32,000 bases of DNA from Mycobacterium sp. 050272 (GCF_039023525.1 NZ_JBCHKV010000008.1:210510-242509); one strand, 5' to 3'; shown: positions 18,869 through 28,193, numbered from the stretch's first letter. Program-made: numbers and translations. Notes: generated from the letters alone by a model not told the origin.

Positions 18869-20089
18869 ATGTCGTACGTGATCACCGACCCCGACGCGAT
18901 CGCGACGGCAGCCGACGAGTTGCAAGCAATCGGTGCGGAACTCGACGCGACGAACGCGGCCATGGCGGCCCCGACGACGGGAGTGCTTGCGCCCGGCACG
19001 GATTCGGTATCCGTGCGCACCGCCGCATTCCTGGACGCGCAGGCCGCGCAGTATCAGGCGCTCAGCGCGCAGGCCGAGCTGTTCCACACCCAGTTCGTGC
19101 AGACGCTGATCACCGCCGAGAACGCCTATGCGGAAACCGAGACGGCCAACGTCGCCGCCACGGCGCCGGCGTCGCAGCAGCAAATCGCCCTGATCATGGG
19201 CGGCACCGGGAACCCGACACCCACAGATACCTACCTGCAGGAGGTCTACCAGACATTCGTGCTCCCGAACTACCCCAACTACACCGCGCAGGGGCTGTAT
19301 ACGCCCGAGCAGTTCTGGCCGCTGACCGGCATCAACAGCGAATCCTTCGCGCAGTCGGTGCAGCAGGGCCTGGCAATACTGAACACCCAGATCATGACGC
19401 AAACCGCCGCCGGCAACCGACTCCTCGTCGTCGGCTATTCGCAGAGCGCGACGATCGCCACCCTGGAAATGCGCTATCTCGACGCCCTGCCCGCCGCCCT
19501 GCGACCGAACCCGAACCTGCTGAACTTTTTATTACTCGCCGACCCCAACAACGCCTTGAGCGGCGGCGCGCTGACACGCGTGATCCCTGGCATCTTCCCC
19601 GGGCTCGGCGCGTTTCACGTCCCGACTCCGCTGGACACCATCTACACGACCACGCTGTACGGCATCCAATACGACCCCGTTTCCTACTTTCCGGCGGGCA
19701 TTTTCAATTTCGGCGCGGACCTCAATGCCCTATTCGGCTTTCCGTTGCACACCGAGACTCCGTTGCTGACCGCTGCGCAACTCGCGACCGCGATCCAGGA
19801 GCAGGTGGGCAACACCACCTTCTTCCTCGTTCCCACCGCGAATTTGCCGCTGCTGGACCCACTGCGGATGATCCCCATCCTGGGGAATCCGCTCGCCGAT
19901 CTGCTGCAACCGTTCCTGCGGCCGCTCGTCGACTTCGGCTATGCCACCGGGTTGCCCGGACCGCTGCAGTCCATCAGCTCGCTCGCCGTTGCCGGCGCAA
20001 GCCCGGGCGTCGCGGTCGCCATCTCGGACCCACTGGCTGCCGCACTGCCGCCCGCTGGGGCCCTGCCCGTTTTGTCGAACGCGATGTAA
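18869..20089 (+). CDS. PE-family protein with C-terminal PE-PPE (serine hydrolase-like) domain
   Basis: The N-terminal ~100 aa form a PE domain ('MSYVITDPDAIATAADELQAIG...AENAYAETE', including a YxxxE motif). The downstream part 'IALIMGGTGNP...LLVVGYSQSATIA...LLLADPNN' resembles the PE-PPE alpha/beta-hydrolase-like domain with a GxSxS nucleophile-elbow variant. The ATG lies 12 nt after the PPE stop, with AGAGG as RBS. Confidence 0.85.
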   Translation: MSYVITDPDAIATAADELQAIGAELDATNAAMAAPTTGVLAPGTDSVSVRTAAFLDAQAAQYQALSAQAELFHTQFVQTLITAENAYAETETANVAATAPASQQQIALIMGGTGNPTPTDTYLQEVYQTFVLPNYPNYTAQGLYTPEQFWPLTGINSESFAQSVQQGLAILNTQIMTQTAAGNRLLVVGYSQSATIATLEMRYLDALPAALRPNPNLLNFLLLADPNNALSGGALTRVIPGIFPGLGAFHVPTPLDTIYTTTLYGIQYDPVSYFPAGIFNFGADLNALFGFPLHTETPLLTAAQLATAIQEQVGNTTFFLVPTANLPLLDPLRMIPILGNPLADLLQPFLRPLVDFGYATGLPGPLQSISSLAVAGASPGVAVAISDPLAAALPPAGALPVLSNAM

Positions 20090-20090
20090 G

Positions 20091-21131
20091 TCAGCGAATC
20101 GACTGCAGCTGGGGCGATCGGCCCGGTGTATCGTTGTCTGCCAAGGTAATTGCCTCGGCAAGCAGTTCGGCCAACTGGCGCGGGTACACGGTCTGGCCCG
20201 CAGCCACCAGTTCGGCGATGTCGTTGGCGTCGCACCAGCGGTGGCAATGGATGTAGCGACGTTCCAGCTCGGTCCGGCCCGTGCACACCGGCTCGAATCG
20301 CCGAGCGCGACGCACGAAGAAGAACTCCTCGCTGTCAATCAACGCGCCGTTGAACTCGAAGACCTCGTCGCGCCGCCAAATCGGCCCCACCATCTCGGCC
20401 GCTTCGACCTGTAAACCGGTCTCTTCGGCCAACTCCCGCGCGGCGGCCTCGGCCAGCCGCTCACCCGGGCGCACCTCGCCGCCCACCGTGAACCACCACC
20501 GCGGCGCCGATTCCTCGATCGCCGGATCCGAACCGCACAGCAACAGCACCGCGCCGGCCTCATCGAGTAACACCACCCGCGCCGAGGTCCGGTGTTTGGG
20601 CACCCCGTGCGGGGTCTGCGCCAGCGCGTGCGGCCGCTCGACGATCTCGAAATAGCTTGGCAGCGCGGCTGTTCCACCGAGCCGAAGGGCACGAACCGGG
20701 CCCCGCGCCCCCAGCGCCAGCGTGTCACGGACCGCGTCGTTGTGGAAGCGACGAGCCAGCAGCAGCCGGGCTTCGGCGTCGGCCAACTCGGCGATCAGAC
20801 CGGCCGGCAGCGCCGCGGGATCGACCATCGCCAGTGCCGCCGACAATTCGTTTTCGGCGTTCTCCCGCGAGTGCCGGGGTGCTCGCTCGGCGGCGTCGGC
20901 CAACGCGGCCAGCCGCCGGCCTTCGGCTGAGCCGCCGTAGGCGTCGATCGCGACGGCACGCGCCACCACCGCGCGCCGCGCCAGCGCGCTGTCGAGGGCT
21001 TGCCAGGACAGGTCGTAGCGAATGTTCAGGCGGTTCAGCCGCTGCGCTGTCTGGATCGCCCAGACGCCGATCGCCGCAAGTATGGCGATCAGTACGACCA
21101 ACAGGACGATGACGACGAGCGGCCAAGCCAT
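20091..21131 (-). CDS. membrane-anchored LemA-like / NUDIX hydrolase fusion (Rv2609c-like)
   Basis: It has the N-terminal TM helix 'WPLVVIVLLVVLIAILAAIGVWAI'. A LemA-like stretch follows ('RLNRLNIRYDLSWQALDSALARRA', 'ARRFHNDAVRDT'). The C-terminal NUDIX box is 'GGEVRPGERLAEAAARELAEETGL'. Its start shares 1 nt with the pimA stop. Confidence 0.85.
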   Translation of the reverse strand: MAWPLVVIVLLVVLIAILAAIGVWAIQTAQRLNRLNIRYDLSWQALDSALARRAVVARAVAIDAYGGSAEGRRLAALADAAERAPRHSRENAENELSAALAMVDPAALPAGLIAELADAEARLLLARRFHNDAVRDTLALGARGPVRALRLGGTAALPSYFEIVERPHALAQTPHGVPKHRTSARVVLLDEAGAVLLLCGSDPAIEESAPRWWFTVGGEVRPGERLAEAAARELAEETGLQVEAAEMVGPIWRRDEVFEFNGALIDSEEFFFVRRARRFEPVCTGRTELERRYIHCHRWCDANDIAELVAAGQTVYPRQLAELLAEAITLADNDTPGRSPQLQSIR

Positions 21132-22255
21132 CAGCCCGCCACCTGAACCTTGACGCCCGAGCCGGCGACCGTCTCATACACCCGCACGATCTGGTCGGCC
21201 ACCACCGACCAGTCGTAGCGGGAGACCACTTCGCACGCCGCGGCCACGTAACGCTCACGCAGCGCGTCGCTTTCGAGCATCTCGATCAGCCCGTCGGCCA
21301 GTCCCGAGGCGTCGCCGACCGGCACCAGTCGCCCGGCGTCACCGTCGTGCAGCACGCGCCGGAAGGCATCCAAATCGCTGGCCACCACCGGCGTGCCCGC
21401 GGCCATCGCCTCCACCAGCACGATGCCGAAACTCTCGCCGCCGATGTTGGGCGCGCAATAGACGTCCGCACTGCGCATCGCCGACGCCTTTCCGGCGTCG
21501 TCGACCTGGCCGAGAAAGCGCATGTGCTTCGCCAAATCGCCTGCCTTGGCGCGTAATTCGTCCTCATCGCCGTGCCCGACGACCAGCACCTGCAGATCGC
21601 CGAAGCGGTCCACCACCCGCGGCAGCGCCTCGAGCAGCACCTCCATGCCCTTGCGTGGCTCGTCGAAGCGGCCCAAGAACAACACCGTCTTGCCCGGCCG
21701 CGGATAGCCCTGCAGCAGCGGCGCGCAGGCAAGTGCGGCGACGTCGACCCCGTTCGGGATCTCCACCGCGTCGGAGCCGAGTGCCTCCATCTGCCAGCGC
21801 CGGGCCAGGTCGGACACCGCGATGCGGCCGACGATCTTCTCGTGCCAGGGCCGCAGCACGCCCTGAAAGACAGACAGCGTCAGCGATTTCGTGGTTGAGG
21901 TGTGAAAGGTGGCCACGATCGGGCCCTCGGCGATGCGCAGCGCCCACATCGACAGGCTGGGGGCATTCGGTTCGTGCAGATGCAGCACGTCGAAGTCACC
22001 CTCGGTCAGCCAGCGCCGAACCCGGCCGTGGACCGCGGGGCTGAATTGCAGCCGCGCCACCGACCCGTTGTAGGGAATCGGGATGGCCTTACCGGCCGAG
22101 ACGACGTATTCGGGCAGTCTGACGTGTGGCGACGCGGGAGCCAGCACACTGACGTAGTGGCCCCGCTCACGCAGCACCTCGGCCAGCTGCAGCACATGCG
22201 ATTGCACCCCACCCGGCACGTCGAACGAGTAGGGACAGACCATCCCGATTCGCAT
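21131..22255 (-). CDS. pimA: phosphatidylinositol alpha-mannosyltransferase PimA (GT4)
   Basis: ORF trimmed to 'MRIGMVCPYSFDVPGGVQSHVLQLAEVLRERGH'. It has 'GESFGIVLVEAMAAGTPVVASDLDAFRRV'. It sits downstream of patA/pgsA1 as in M. tuberculosis Rv2610c. Confidence 0.93.
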   Translation of the reverse strand: MRIGMVCPYSFDVPGGVQSHVLQLAEVLRERGHYVSVLAPASPHVRLPEYVVSAGKAIPIPYNGSVARLQFSPAVHGRVRRWLTEGDFDVLHLHEPNAPSLSMWALRIAEGPIVATFHTSTTKSLTLSVFQGVLRPWHEKIVGRIAVSDLARRWQMEALGSDAVEIPNGVDVAALACAPLLQGYPRPGKTVLFLGRFDEPRKGMEVLLEALPRVVDRFGDLQVLVVGHGDEDELRAKAGDLAKHMRFLGQVDDAGKASAMRSADVYCAPNIGGESFGIVLVEAMAAGTPVVASDLDAFRRVLHDGDAGRLVPVGDASGLADGLIEMLESDALRERYVAAACEVVSRYDWSVVADQIVRVYETVAGSGVKVQVAG

Positions 22256-23205
22256 CAGGCTTCCTTCAACCGGGCACGTCTGTCGTCGGAGAGGTCGGCC
22301 AGCCACTGCGGCTGTAGCATGTGCCAATCCTCGGGGTGGGCGGCGATGTTGATGGTGAATCGATCGGCCAGCGCCTGGGTGATGGTTCGGACATCCCCGC
22401 TGGAACAGTCCAGCGGCGAAAATATCTCGACGGGCCAGGCGTCGGGCTCATTCCAGCAGTGTGCCGGGCACAGCGCCGCCCCCGTTGCGATCGCGAGCTT
22501 GGCCGGCCCGGCCGGCATCCGGGTGGGCTCGCCGAAGAAGTCGACCTCGACGCCGGTGCGAGTGAGATCGCGCTCGGCCATCAGGCACACCACCCGGTTG
22601 GCCCGCAGCCGCTCGCACAGCACCTCGAAGGCCGGACGGTCGCCGCCGGACAGCGGCAGCACCTCGAAGCCAAGACTTTCCCGGTAGGCGATGAAACGCC
22701 GGTACAGCGACTCGGGTTTGAGTCGCTCCGCGACCGTGGTGAAGGTGCCGCGCGTCTGCGCCAGCCACAGCCCGGCCATGTCCCAGTTGCCGCTGTGCGG
22801 CAGCGCGAGCACCACACCCCTACCGGCGGCCAGGGCCGCGTCGATATTGTCGGCTCCCACGAACGTCTCATCGACGCGGCGGGCCAGCGCGCGATAGTCC
22901 ATCGACGGCAGCCGGAAGGCCTCGCGCCAGTAGCGCGCATAGGACTCCAGCGACGCCCGCATCAGGCTGTCCGGTACCTGGGCCGGCGGCACGCCGATGA
23001 CCCGGGCCAGGTTTTTGCGCAGCTGGTCGGGACCGCCGTTGCGGGCGGCGTAGCGCGCCCCGGTGTGGAATATGTTGCGCGCGGCAAACTCTGGGACAGC
23101 GCGCACCGCCATCCAGCCGGTGGCGTACGCCCAGTCGCTCGCCGTCCTGGTGAACGCCTCGCGCGGCGCGGTGAGTGCCTTCAAGCCGGATGGAGCGGAG
23201 ATCAC
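22255..23205 (-). CDS. patA: phosphatidylinositol mannoside acyltransferase (LpxL/HtrB-type lauroyl acyltransferase family)
   Basis: 316 aa with the 'LPHSGNWDMAG' H(x)4D-type acyltransferase motif. The GTG start overlaps the pgsA1 TGA. Its position is equivalent to Rv2611c. Confidence 0.9.
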   Translation of the reverse strand: MISAPSGLKALTAPREAFTRTASDWAYATGWMAVRAVPEFAARNIFHTGARYAARNGGPDQLRKNLARVIGVPPAQVPDSLMRASLESYARYWREAFRLPSMDYRALARRVDETFVGADNIDAALAAGRGVVLALPHSGNWDMAGLWLAQTRGTFTTVAERLKPESLYRRFIAYRESLGFEVLPLSGGDRPAFEVLCERLRANRVVCLMAERDLTRTGVEVDFFGEPTRMPAGPAKLAIATGAALCPAHCWNEPDAWPVEIFSPLDCSSGDVRTITQALADRFTINIAAHPEDWHMLQPQWLADLSDDRRARLKEA

Positions 23206-23867
23206 GACGGGCTCGTTTCACCGCTTGCCTGCGCCGGCGGCAGGGAGTCGGCGGCACCGGGCGAGGTCCGCACCGCGTGCAAGCGCTGCACGCAGGTGAC
23301 CACGCTCGCCGCCGCCAGCACCCACATCGCCACCGGCAGCGCCGGCGGCCAGGCGACGAACGGAAAGTCCGACACACCCGCGCCGACCAGCACGATGATC
23401 AGCCGTTCCGGTCGTTCGATGATCCCGCCGTCGCCGCGCAGTCCGCTGGCCTCGGCCCGGGCCTTGATGTAAGAGATCACCTGCGAGGTGACCAGGCAGA
23501 TCAACGTCGCCGCCGCCAGCGGTTTGTCATGCAGCCCGAAGACGATCCACCACAGCAGCCCGCTGAACACCGCGCCGTCACTGACGCGGTCGCAGGACGC
23601 GTCCAGCACCGCGCCGAATCGGGTGCCGCCGCCACGCTCGCGGGCCATCGCACCGTCGGCCATGTCGAAGAGCACGGCGAACCAGACCACACAGGCGCCG
23701 GCGAACAGCTTGCCCATCGGGAACAACGTGAGCGCCCCCGCCACGGCAACGACGGTGCCCAGGATCGTGACGGCGTCCGGCGTCAGGCCCACCCGCAGCA
23801 GCGCCCTGGCCGTCGGGGTGGTGAGCCGGGCGAACGCGGCCCGGGACAGGAAGGGCGCCTTACTCAT
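23202..23867 (-). CDS. pgsA1: CDP-alcohol phosphatidyltransferase (phosphatidylinositol phosphate synthase)
   Basis: 221-aa polytopic membrane protein. The CDP-alcohol motif is 'DMADGAMAR...GAVLDASCDRVSD' (D-x2-DG-x2-AR...G-x3-D-x3-D). An ATGA overlap joins it to the HIT gene stop. Confidence 0.92.
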   Translation of the reverse strand: MSKAPFLSRAAFARLTTPTARALLRVGLTPDAVTILGTVVAVAGALTLFPMGKLFAGACVVWFAVLFDMADGAMARERGGGTRFGAVLDASCDRVSDGAVFSGLLWWIVFGLHDKPLAAATLICLVTSQVISYIKARAEASGLRGDGGIIERPERLIIVLVGAGVSDFPFVAWPPALPVAMWVLAAASVVTCVQRLHAVRTSPGAADSLPPAQASGETSPS

Positions 23868-24436
23868 TGCTGTTTAGCCCACTCCGTCGCCAACAACTGA
23901 CGCGTCTCGCGCAGCAACTGCGGGATCACCTTCGCGCCGCCGACGATCGTGATGAAGTTCGCGTCGCCACCCCAGCGCGGCACCACGTGCACGTGCAGGT
24001 GTTCGGCCAGCGACCCGCCCGCCGATGTCCCCAGGTTCAGGCCGACGTTGAAGCCGTGCGGCCGCGAAACGTTCTTGATCACCCGAATGGCCTTCTGGAT
24101 GAAGGCCATTAGCTCCGCGCTCTCGGCGTCGGTGAGGTCCTCGATTTCGGACAGCTTCCGGTAGGGCACCACCATCAGGTGCCCGGGGTTGTACGGGTAG
24201 AGGTTGAGCACGGCATAGACGAGTTCGCCGCGCGCGACCACCAGACCTTCTTCGTCGGGCAGTTGCGGTATGTCGGTGAACGGTTCCTCGGGTTTGCCGT
24301 TGTCACGCTTGGCCGGCGCCTCGGCCAGGTACGTCATCCGGTACGGCGTCCACAATCGCTGCAGGTGGTCACGCTCGCCGACACCCCTGTCGAGAATGCT
24401 GTCCTCGCCGCGATCGGCGCTGTCCTGCTCACTCAC
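23864..24436 (-). CDS. HIT-family nucleotide hydrolase/phosphorylase (Rv2613c-like, Ap4A phosphorylase type)
   Basis: 190 aa with the histidine triad '[10 protein letters not shown]'. The GTG start at 24436 overlaps the thrS 3' end by 8 nt. Confidence 0.88.
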   Translation of the reverse strand: MSEQDSADRGEDSILDRGVGERDHLQRLWTPYRMTYLAEAPAKRDNGKPEEPFTDIPQLPDEEGLVVARGELVYAVLNLYPYNPGHLMVVPYRKLSEIEDLTDAESAELMAFIQKAIRVIKNVSRPHGFNVGLNLGTSAGGSLAEHLHVHVVPRWGGDANFITIVGGAKVIPQLLRETRQLLATEWAKQQ

Positions 24437-26549
24437 CGCCGGCTACCTTCACCAGTTCTTGTGTGGGAGCGGCATTCTCGCGGTCGGCAATCCACTTCAC
24501 GATGGTATCGACCGCGGCGTCAACCGGCACGCCGTTGATCTGGGTGCGGTCGCCGAAGCGGAAGCTGACCGCCCCGCCCTCGACGTCGCGGTCGCCGGCC
24601 AGCAACATGAACGGGACGCGCTGATTGGTGTGATTGACGATCTTCTTGGCCATCCGGTCGTCGCTGCTGTCCACCTCGACCCGCACCCCACGCGAGCGCA
24701 GTTGCGCGGCAACATCTTCCAGGTAGGCCGCGTGTTCGTCGGCGACTGGGATGCCGACCACCTGAACCGGCGCCAGCCACGCCGGGAAGGCCCCGGCATA
24801 GTGCTCGGTGAGAATGCCGAAGAATCGCTCGATGGACCCGAACAACGCCCGGTGGATCAGCACCGGCCGCTGTCGCGATCCGTCCGACGCGGTGTATTCC
24901 AGCTCGAATCGGTCCGGCATGTTGAAGTCGAGCTGGATCGTCGACATCTGCCAGCTGCGGCCCAACGCGTCCTTGACCTGCACGGAGATTTTCGGCCCGT
25001 AGAACGCCGCGCCACCGGGGTCGGGAACGAAATGCAACCCGGAGGCCACGGCCACTTCCCGCAGCACTTCGGTGGCCTCGTCCCACATCTCGTCAGAGCC
25101 GGAGTACTTCTCCGGGTCCTTGGTGGACAGCTCCAGGTAGAAGTCGTCGAGCCCGTAGTCGGCCAGCAAGTCGAGCACGAAGCGCAACAGCGAGCTCAGC
25201 TCGTCGCGCATCTGCTCGCGCGTGCAGTAGATGTGCGCGTCGTCTTGGGTCATGCCGCGCACCCGGGTCAGGCCGTGCACCACGCCGGACTTCTCGTAGC
25301 GGTACACGCTGCCGAACTCGAAGAGCCGCAACGGAAGCTCGCGGTACGAGCGTCCGCGGGACCGATAGATCAGGTGGTGCATCGGGCAGTTCATCGGCTT
25401 GAGGTAGTAGTCCTGCCCGGGTTTACGTACCGAGCCGTCCGCGTTGAACTCCGCGTCCAGGTGCATCGGCGGGTACATGCCGTCGGCGTACCACTCGAGG
25501 TGGCCCGAGGTGATGTACAGCTGCTCCTTGGTGATGTGCGGGGTGTTGACGAACTCGTAGCCGGCCTCGATGTGCTTGCGCCGCGAGTATTCCTCCAGCT
25601 CGCGCCGGATGATGCCGCCCTTGGGGTGGAAAACCGCCAGCCCGGAGCCGATTTCGTCGGGAAAGCTGAACAGGTCCAGCTCGACGCCTAACTTGCGATG
25701 GTCGCGCCGCTGGGCCTCCTCGAGCAGCTCCAGGTGCTTGTCGAGCGCCTCTTGTGACTCCCACGCGGTGCCGTAAATGCGTTGCAGGCTGGCGTTGCTC
25801 TGGTCGCCGCGCCAGTAGGCGGCCGAGCTGCGGGTGAGCTTGAACGCCGGGATGTGCTTGGTGGTGGGGATATGCGGCCCGCGGCACAGGTCACCCCAGA
25901 CCCGTTCGCGGGTGCGGGGATTGAGGTTGTCGTAGGCGGTGAGTTCGTCATCAGAACCAGGGGGGCCCACCTCCATGATGTCGGGGTCGCCGGACTTGTC
26001 GTCGACGAGTTCGAGCTTGTAGGGCTCGTTGACCAGTTCCTCGCGCGCCGCCTCCCTGGATTCGTAGACCCGCCGGTCGAACAGCTGGCCGTCCTTGACG
26101 ATCTGGCGCATCTTCTTTTCGAGCTTTTCCAGGTCCTCGGGGGTGAACGGCTCCGCCACGTCGAAGTCGTAGTAGAAGCCGTCCGCGATGGGCGGCCCAA
26201 TCCCCAGCTTGGCCTGCGGGAACAGGCTCTGCACGGCCTGGGCGAGCACGTGTGCGGCCGAGTGCCGGATGACGCTGCGGCCCTCGTCGGTGTTGGCCGC
26301 GACCGGGACCACCACGGCGTCGGCGTCGGGCACCCAACTCAGGTCGCGCAGCTTGCCGTCGGCGTCGCGCACCACCACGATCGCGTCGGGCGTGCCCCGG
26401 CGTGGCAACCCCGCCTCCCCGACCGCGGCGGCCGCCGTGGTCCCGGCAGGAACCCGGATCGGGGCTTGCGGCGATCGCAACCCCGGCGCAGCCGGGTGCT
26501 GCGGGTCGCCGCCGTCTGCTCCGGGGACGGACTCTGCGGGGGCGCTCAT
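24429..26549 (-). CDS. thrS: threonine--tRNA ligase
   Basis: 706 aa with a TGS domain, the editing-domain '[11 protein letters not shown]', class II core motifs ('[13 protein letters not shown]', '[11 protein letters not shown]', 'GAFYGPKI') and a C-terminal anticodon-binding domain. Confidence 0.97.
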   Translation of the reverse strand: MSAPAESVPGADGGDPQHPAAPGLRSPQAPIRVPAGTTAAAAVGEAGLPRRGTPDAIVVVRDADGKLRDLSWVPDADAVVVPVAANTDEGRSVIRHSAAHVLAQAVQSLFPQAKLGIGPPIADGFYYDFDVAEPFTPEDLEKLEKKMRQIVKDGQLFDRRVYESREAAREELVNEPYKLELVDDKSGDPDIMEVGPPGSDDELTAYDNLNPRTRERVWGDLCRGPHIPTTKHIPAFKLTRSSAAYWRGDQSNASLQRIYGTAWESQEALDKHLELLEEAQRRDHRKLGVELDLFSFPDEIGSGLAVFHPKGGIIRRELEEYSRRKHIEAGYEFVNTPHITKEQLYITSGHLEWYADGMYPPMHLDAEFNADGSVRKPGQDYYLKPMNCPMHHLIYRSRGRSYRELPLRLFEFGSVYRYEKSGVVHGLTRVRGMTQDDAHIYCTREQMRDELSSLLRFVLDLLADYGLDDFYLELSTKDPEKYSGSDEMWDEATEVLREVAVASGLHFVPDPGGAAFYGPKISVQVKDALGRSWQMSTIQLDFNMPDRFELEYTASDGSRQRPVLIHRALFGSIERFFGILTEHYAGAFPAWLAPVQVVGIPVADEHAAYLEDVAAQLRSRGVRVEVDSSDDRMAKKIVNHTNQRVPFMLLAGDRDVEGGAVSFRFGDRTQINGVPVDAAVDTIVKWIADRENAAPTQELVKVAGGE

Positions 26550-26669
26550 CTGCGGTGGTCTCCAAGGTTTCTACGGGACGTGATCGGCGATTAATTCAGA
26601 GCCATGCTATCGGGGCGGACCTCGCAGAACCCACGGCGTTGACGGCTGCGTGGCCCCGCCGGTGCGCCA

Positions 26670-27293
26670 TCAGGGCTGGCCCGGCTTGAGTTTTACGAAC
26701 AACGCCTCGGCTTCGGCCAGCAACGTGTCACCGTCGGTCAACTTGCCCGACACGAAGATTTTTCGGCCGTCCACCTTGTCGATGCCGGCGTCGAACTGCA
26801 GCTCCTTTTCGATCGGCACGATGTGGCGGTAGTCGATCTTGAGGTAAGCGGTGCGCTGGCGCGGGCTGCCGGTAAGGACCGACGTCGTCAGGCCGAGCAC
26901 GGTGTCGAACAGCATGCCCAACGAGCCGCCGTGCACCGCGCCGTTGCGGCCCAGGTGGAATCGCGCGAAGCGGGCCCAGCCCGCCATCCGGCCATCCTCG
27001 GTCTTGTGCGCCCCGATCGGCACGGTCAGAATGTTGCCGCGCAGCGGCAGGTCCATCCGGCGGCCCGACGGCGACGCCCATTCGTCGGCGTCGTATGGGC
27101 TCAGCAGTGCGGACAGCTTCTCCAGCGTGTCCGCGGCCTCGGTGATGACCTCGTCGGGCGCGTCGACGGCGCGGGCGTGATCTTGCAGCCTGCGCACCGC
27201 GTCGATGAACCGGCCGTAGTCGGGGCCGCCCTTGGTCGTCGGTTCGGGTGGGTTGAATCCCCCGCCGGGGTGTTTCTGATGCTCGCCGGCCAC
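26670..27293 (-). CDS. PaaI-type hotdog-fold thioesterase
   Basis: 207 aa. 'GRNGAVHGGSLGMLFDTVLG' is typical of the PaaI/4HBT-II thioesterase active-site helix, followed by 'LKIDYRHIVPI' and 'GKLTDGDTLLAEAEALFVK'. Confidence 0.75.
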   Translation of the reverse strand: MAGEHQKHPGGGFNPPEPTTKGGPDYGRFIDAVRRLQDHARAVDAPDEVITEAADTLEKLSALLSPYDADEWASPSGRRMDLPLRGNILTVPIGAHKTEDGRMAGWARFARFHLGRNGAVHGGSLGMLFDTVLGLTTSVLTGSPRQRTAYLKIDYRHIVPIEKELQFDAGIDKVDGRKIFVSGKLTDGDTLLAEAEALFVKLKPGQP

Positions 27294-27317
27294 CAGAACA
27301 CCGTATTGCGTGGACTG

Positions 27318-28193
27318 TTACTGCGCTCCGGCGGCCGCCATGGTCTCGAACTCCTCGTCGGAAAGCGTGATCTCGGCGGCGGCCACGTTCTCCTCCAGAT
27401 GCGCCACCTTCGATGTGCCCGGGATCGGCAGCATCACCGGCGAGCGCTTCAGCAGCCAGGCCAGGGCCAGCTGCGACGGCGACGCGTGGTGGTCGGCGGC
27501 GATACGCTGCAGCGGGCCGTCGGCAGCGGCCAGCGGCCCGGCCGCCAGCGGGAAGTACGGGATGAAGCCGATCCCCTGCTCGGTCGCGACGTCCAACAGC
27601 GGCTCGGCCCGGCGAACCGTCAGGTTGTACATGTTCTGCACCGACACGATCTCGGTGATCTGCAGCGCCTCTTTGAGCTGGTCGACGCTGACCTCGGACA
27701 GGCCGATGTGGCGGACCTTGCCTTCTTGCTTGAGCTTCGCCAGCTCGCCGACCTGGTCGGCTAACGGCCACTTGGGGTCGACGCGGTGCAGCTGCAACAG
27801 GTCGATGGTCTCGACACCCAGCCTGCGCAGGCTCATCTCCGTCTCCTGGCGCAGGTAGGCCGGGAAGCCCATCTCGACCCAGACATCCGGACCGGTTCGC
27901 AGAAACCCGGCCTTGGTGGCGATCACGATGTCGTGGTAGGGGTACAACGCCTCGCGGATGATCTCCTCGGAGATGTAGGGACCGTAGGAGTCCGCGGTGT
28001 CGATCAGGTCCACGCCGAGTTCGACGGCGCGACGCAACACCCGAACGCACTCGTCGCGGTCAGCCGGCGGGCCCCACACGCCCTTACCGACTATGCGCAT
28101 GGCCCCGAACCCGAGGCGATTGACGATCAGATCGCCGCCGAGCGTGAACGTTCCGGACGCAGCGGCAACAGTTTTCGAGTTTTGTGTGGTCAC
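27318..28193 (-). CDS. aldo/keto reductase
   Basis: 291 aa with 'VNRLGFGAMRI', 'GVDLIDTADSYGP' (catalytic Asp/Tyr region), 'GKVRHIGLSE' and 'IPGTSKVAHLEEN'. The GTG start at 28193 is the only start upstream of the conserved N-terminus. Confidence 0.9.
   Translation of the reverse strand: MTTQNSKTVAAASGTFTLGGDLIVNRLGFGAMRIVGKGVWGPPADRDECVRVLRRAVELGVDLIDTADSYGPYISEEIIREALYPYHDIVIATKAGFLRTGPDVWVEMGFPAYLRQETEMSLRRLGVETIDLLQLHRVDPKWPLADQVGELAKLKQEGKVRHIGLSEVSVDQLKEALQITEIVSVQNMYNLTVRRAEPLLDVATEQGIGFIPYFPLAAGPLAAADGPLQRIAADHHASPSQLALAWLLKRSPVMLPIPGTSKVAHLEENVAAAEITLSDEEFETMAAAGAQ

Noticed and set aside
17962-20256. 764-aa plus-strand ORF spanning the PPE and PE genes in another frame
   Set aside because: The translation is Arg/Gly/Pro/Asp-rich low-complexity sequence with no recognisable motif. 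The overlapping frames encode clear PPE and PE domain proteins. It is a typical stop-codon-poor shadow ORF of a high-GC genome.
24270-25691. 473-aa plus-strand ORF antisense to thrS, and the similar 270-aa ORF at 25782-26594
   Set aside because: These are shadow ORFs opposite a highly conserved tRNA ligase gene. Their composition is low-complexity Val/Arg/Gly/Pro-rich.
26550-26669. Possible T-box or other leader element upstream of thrS
   Set aside because: The leader is only 120 nt, whereas a T-box needs about 200 nt or more. I could not find a specifier-loop/T-box consensus or a convincing terminator/antiterminator pair, only a weak CCACG...CGTGG stem.
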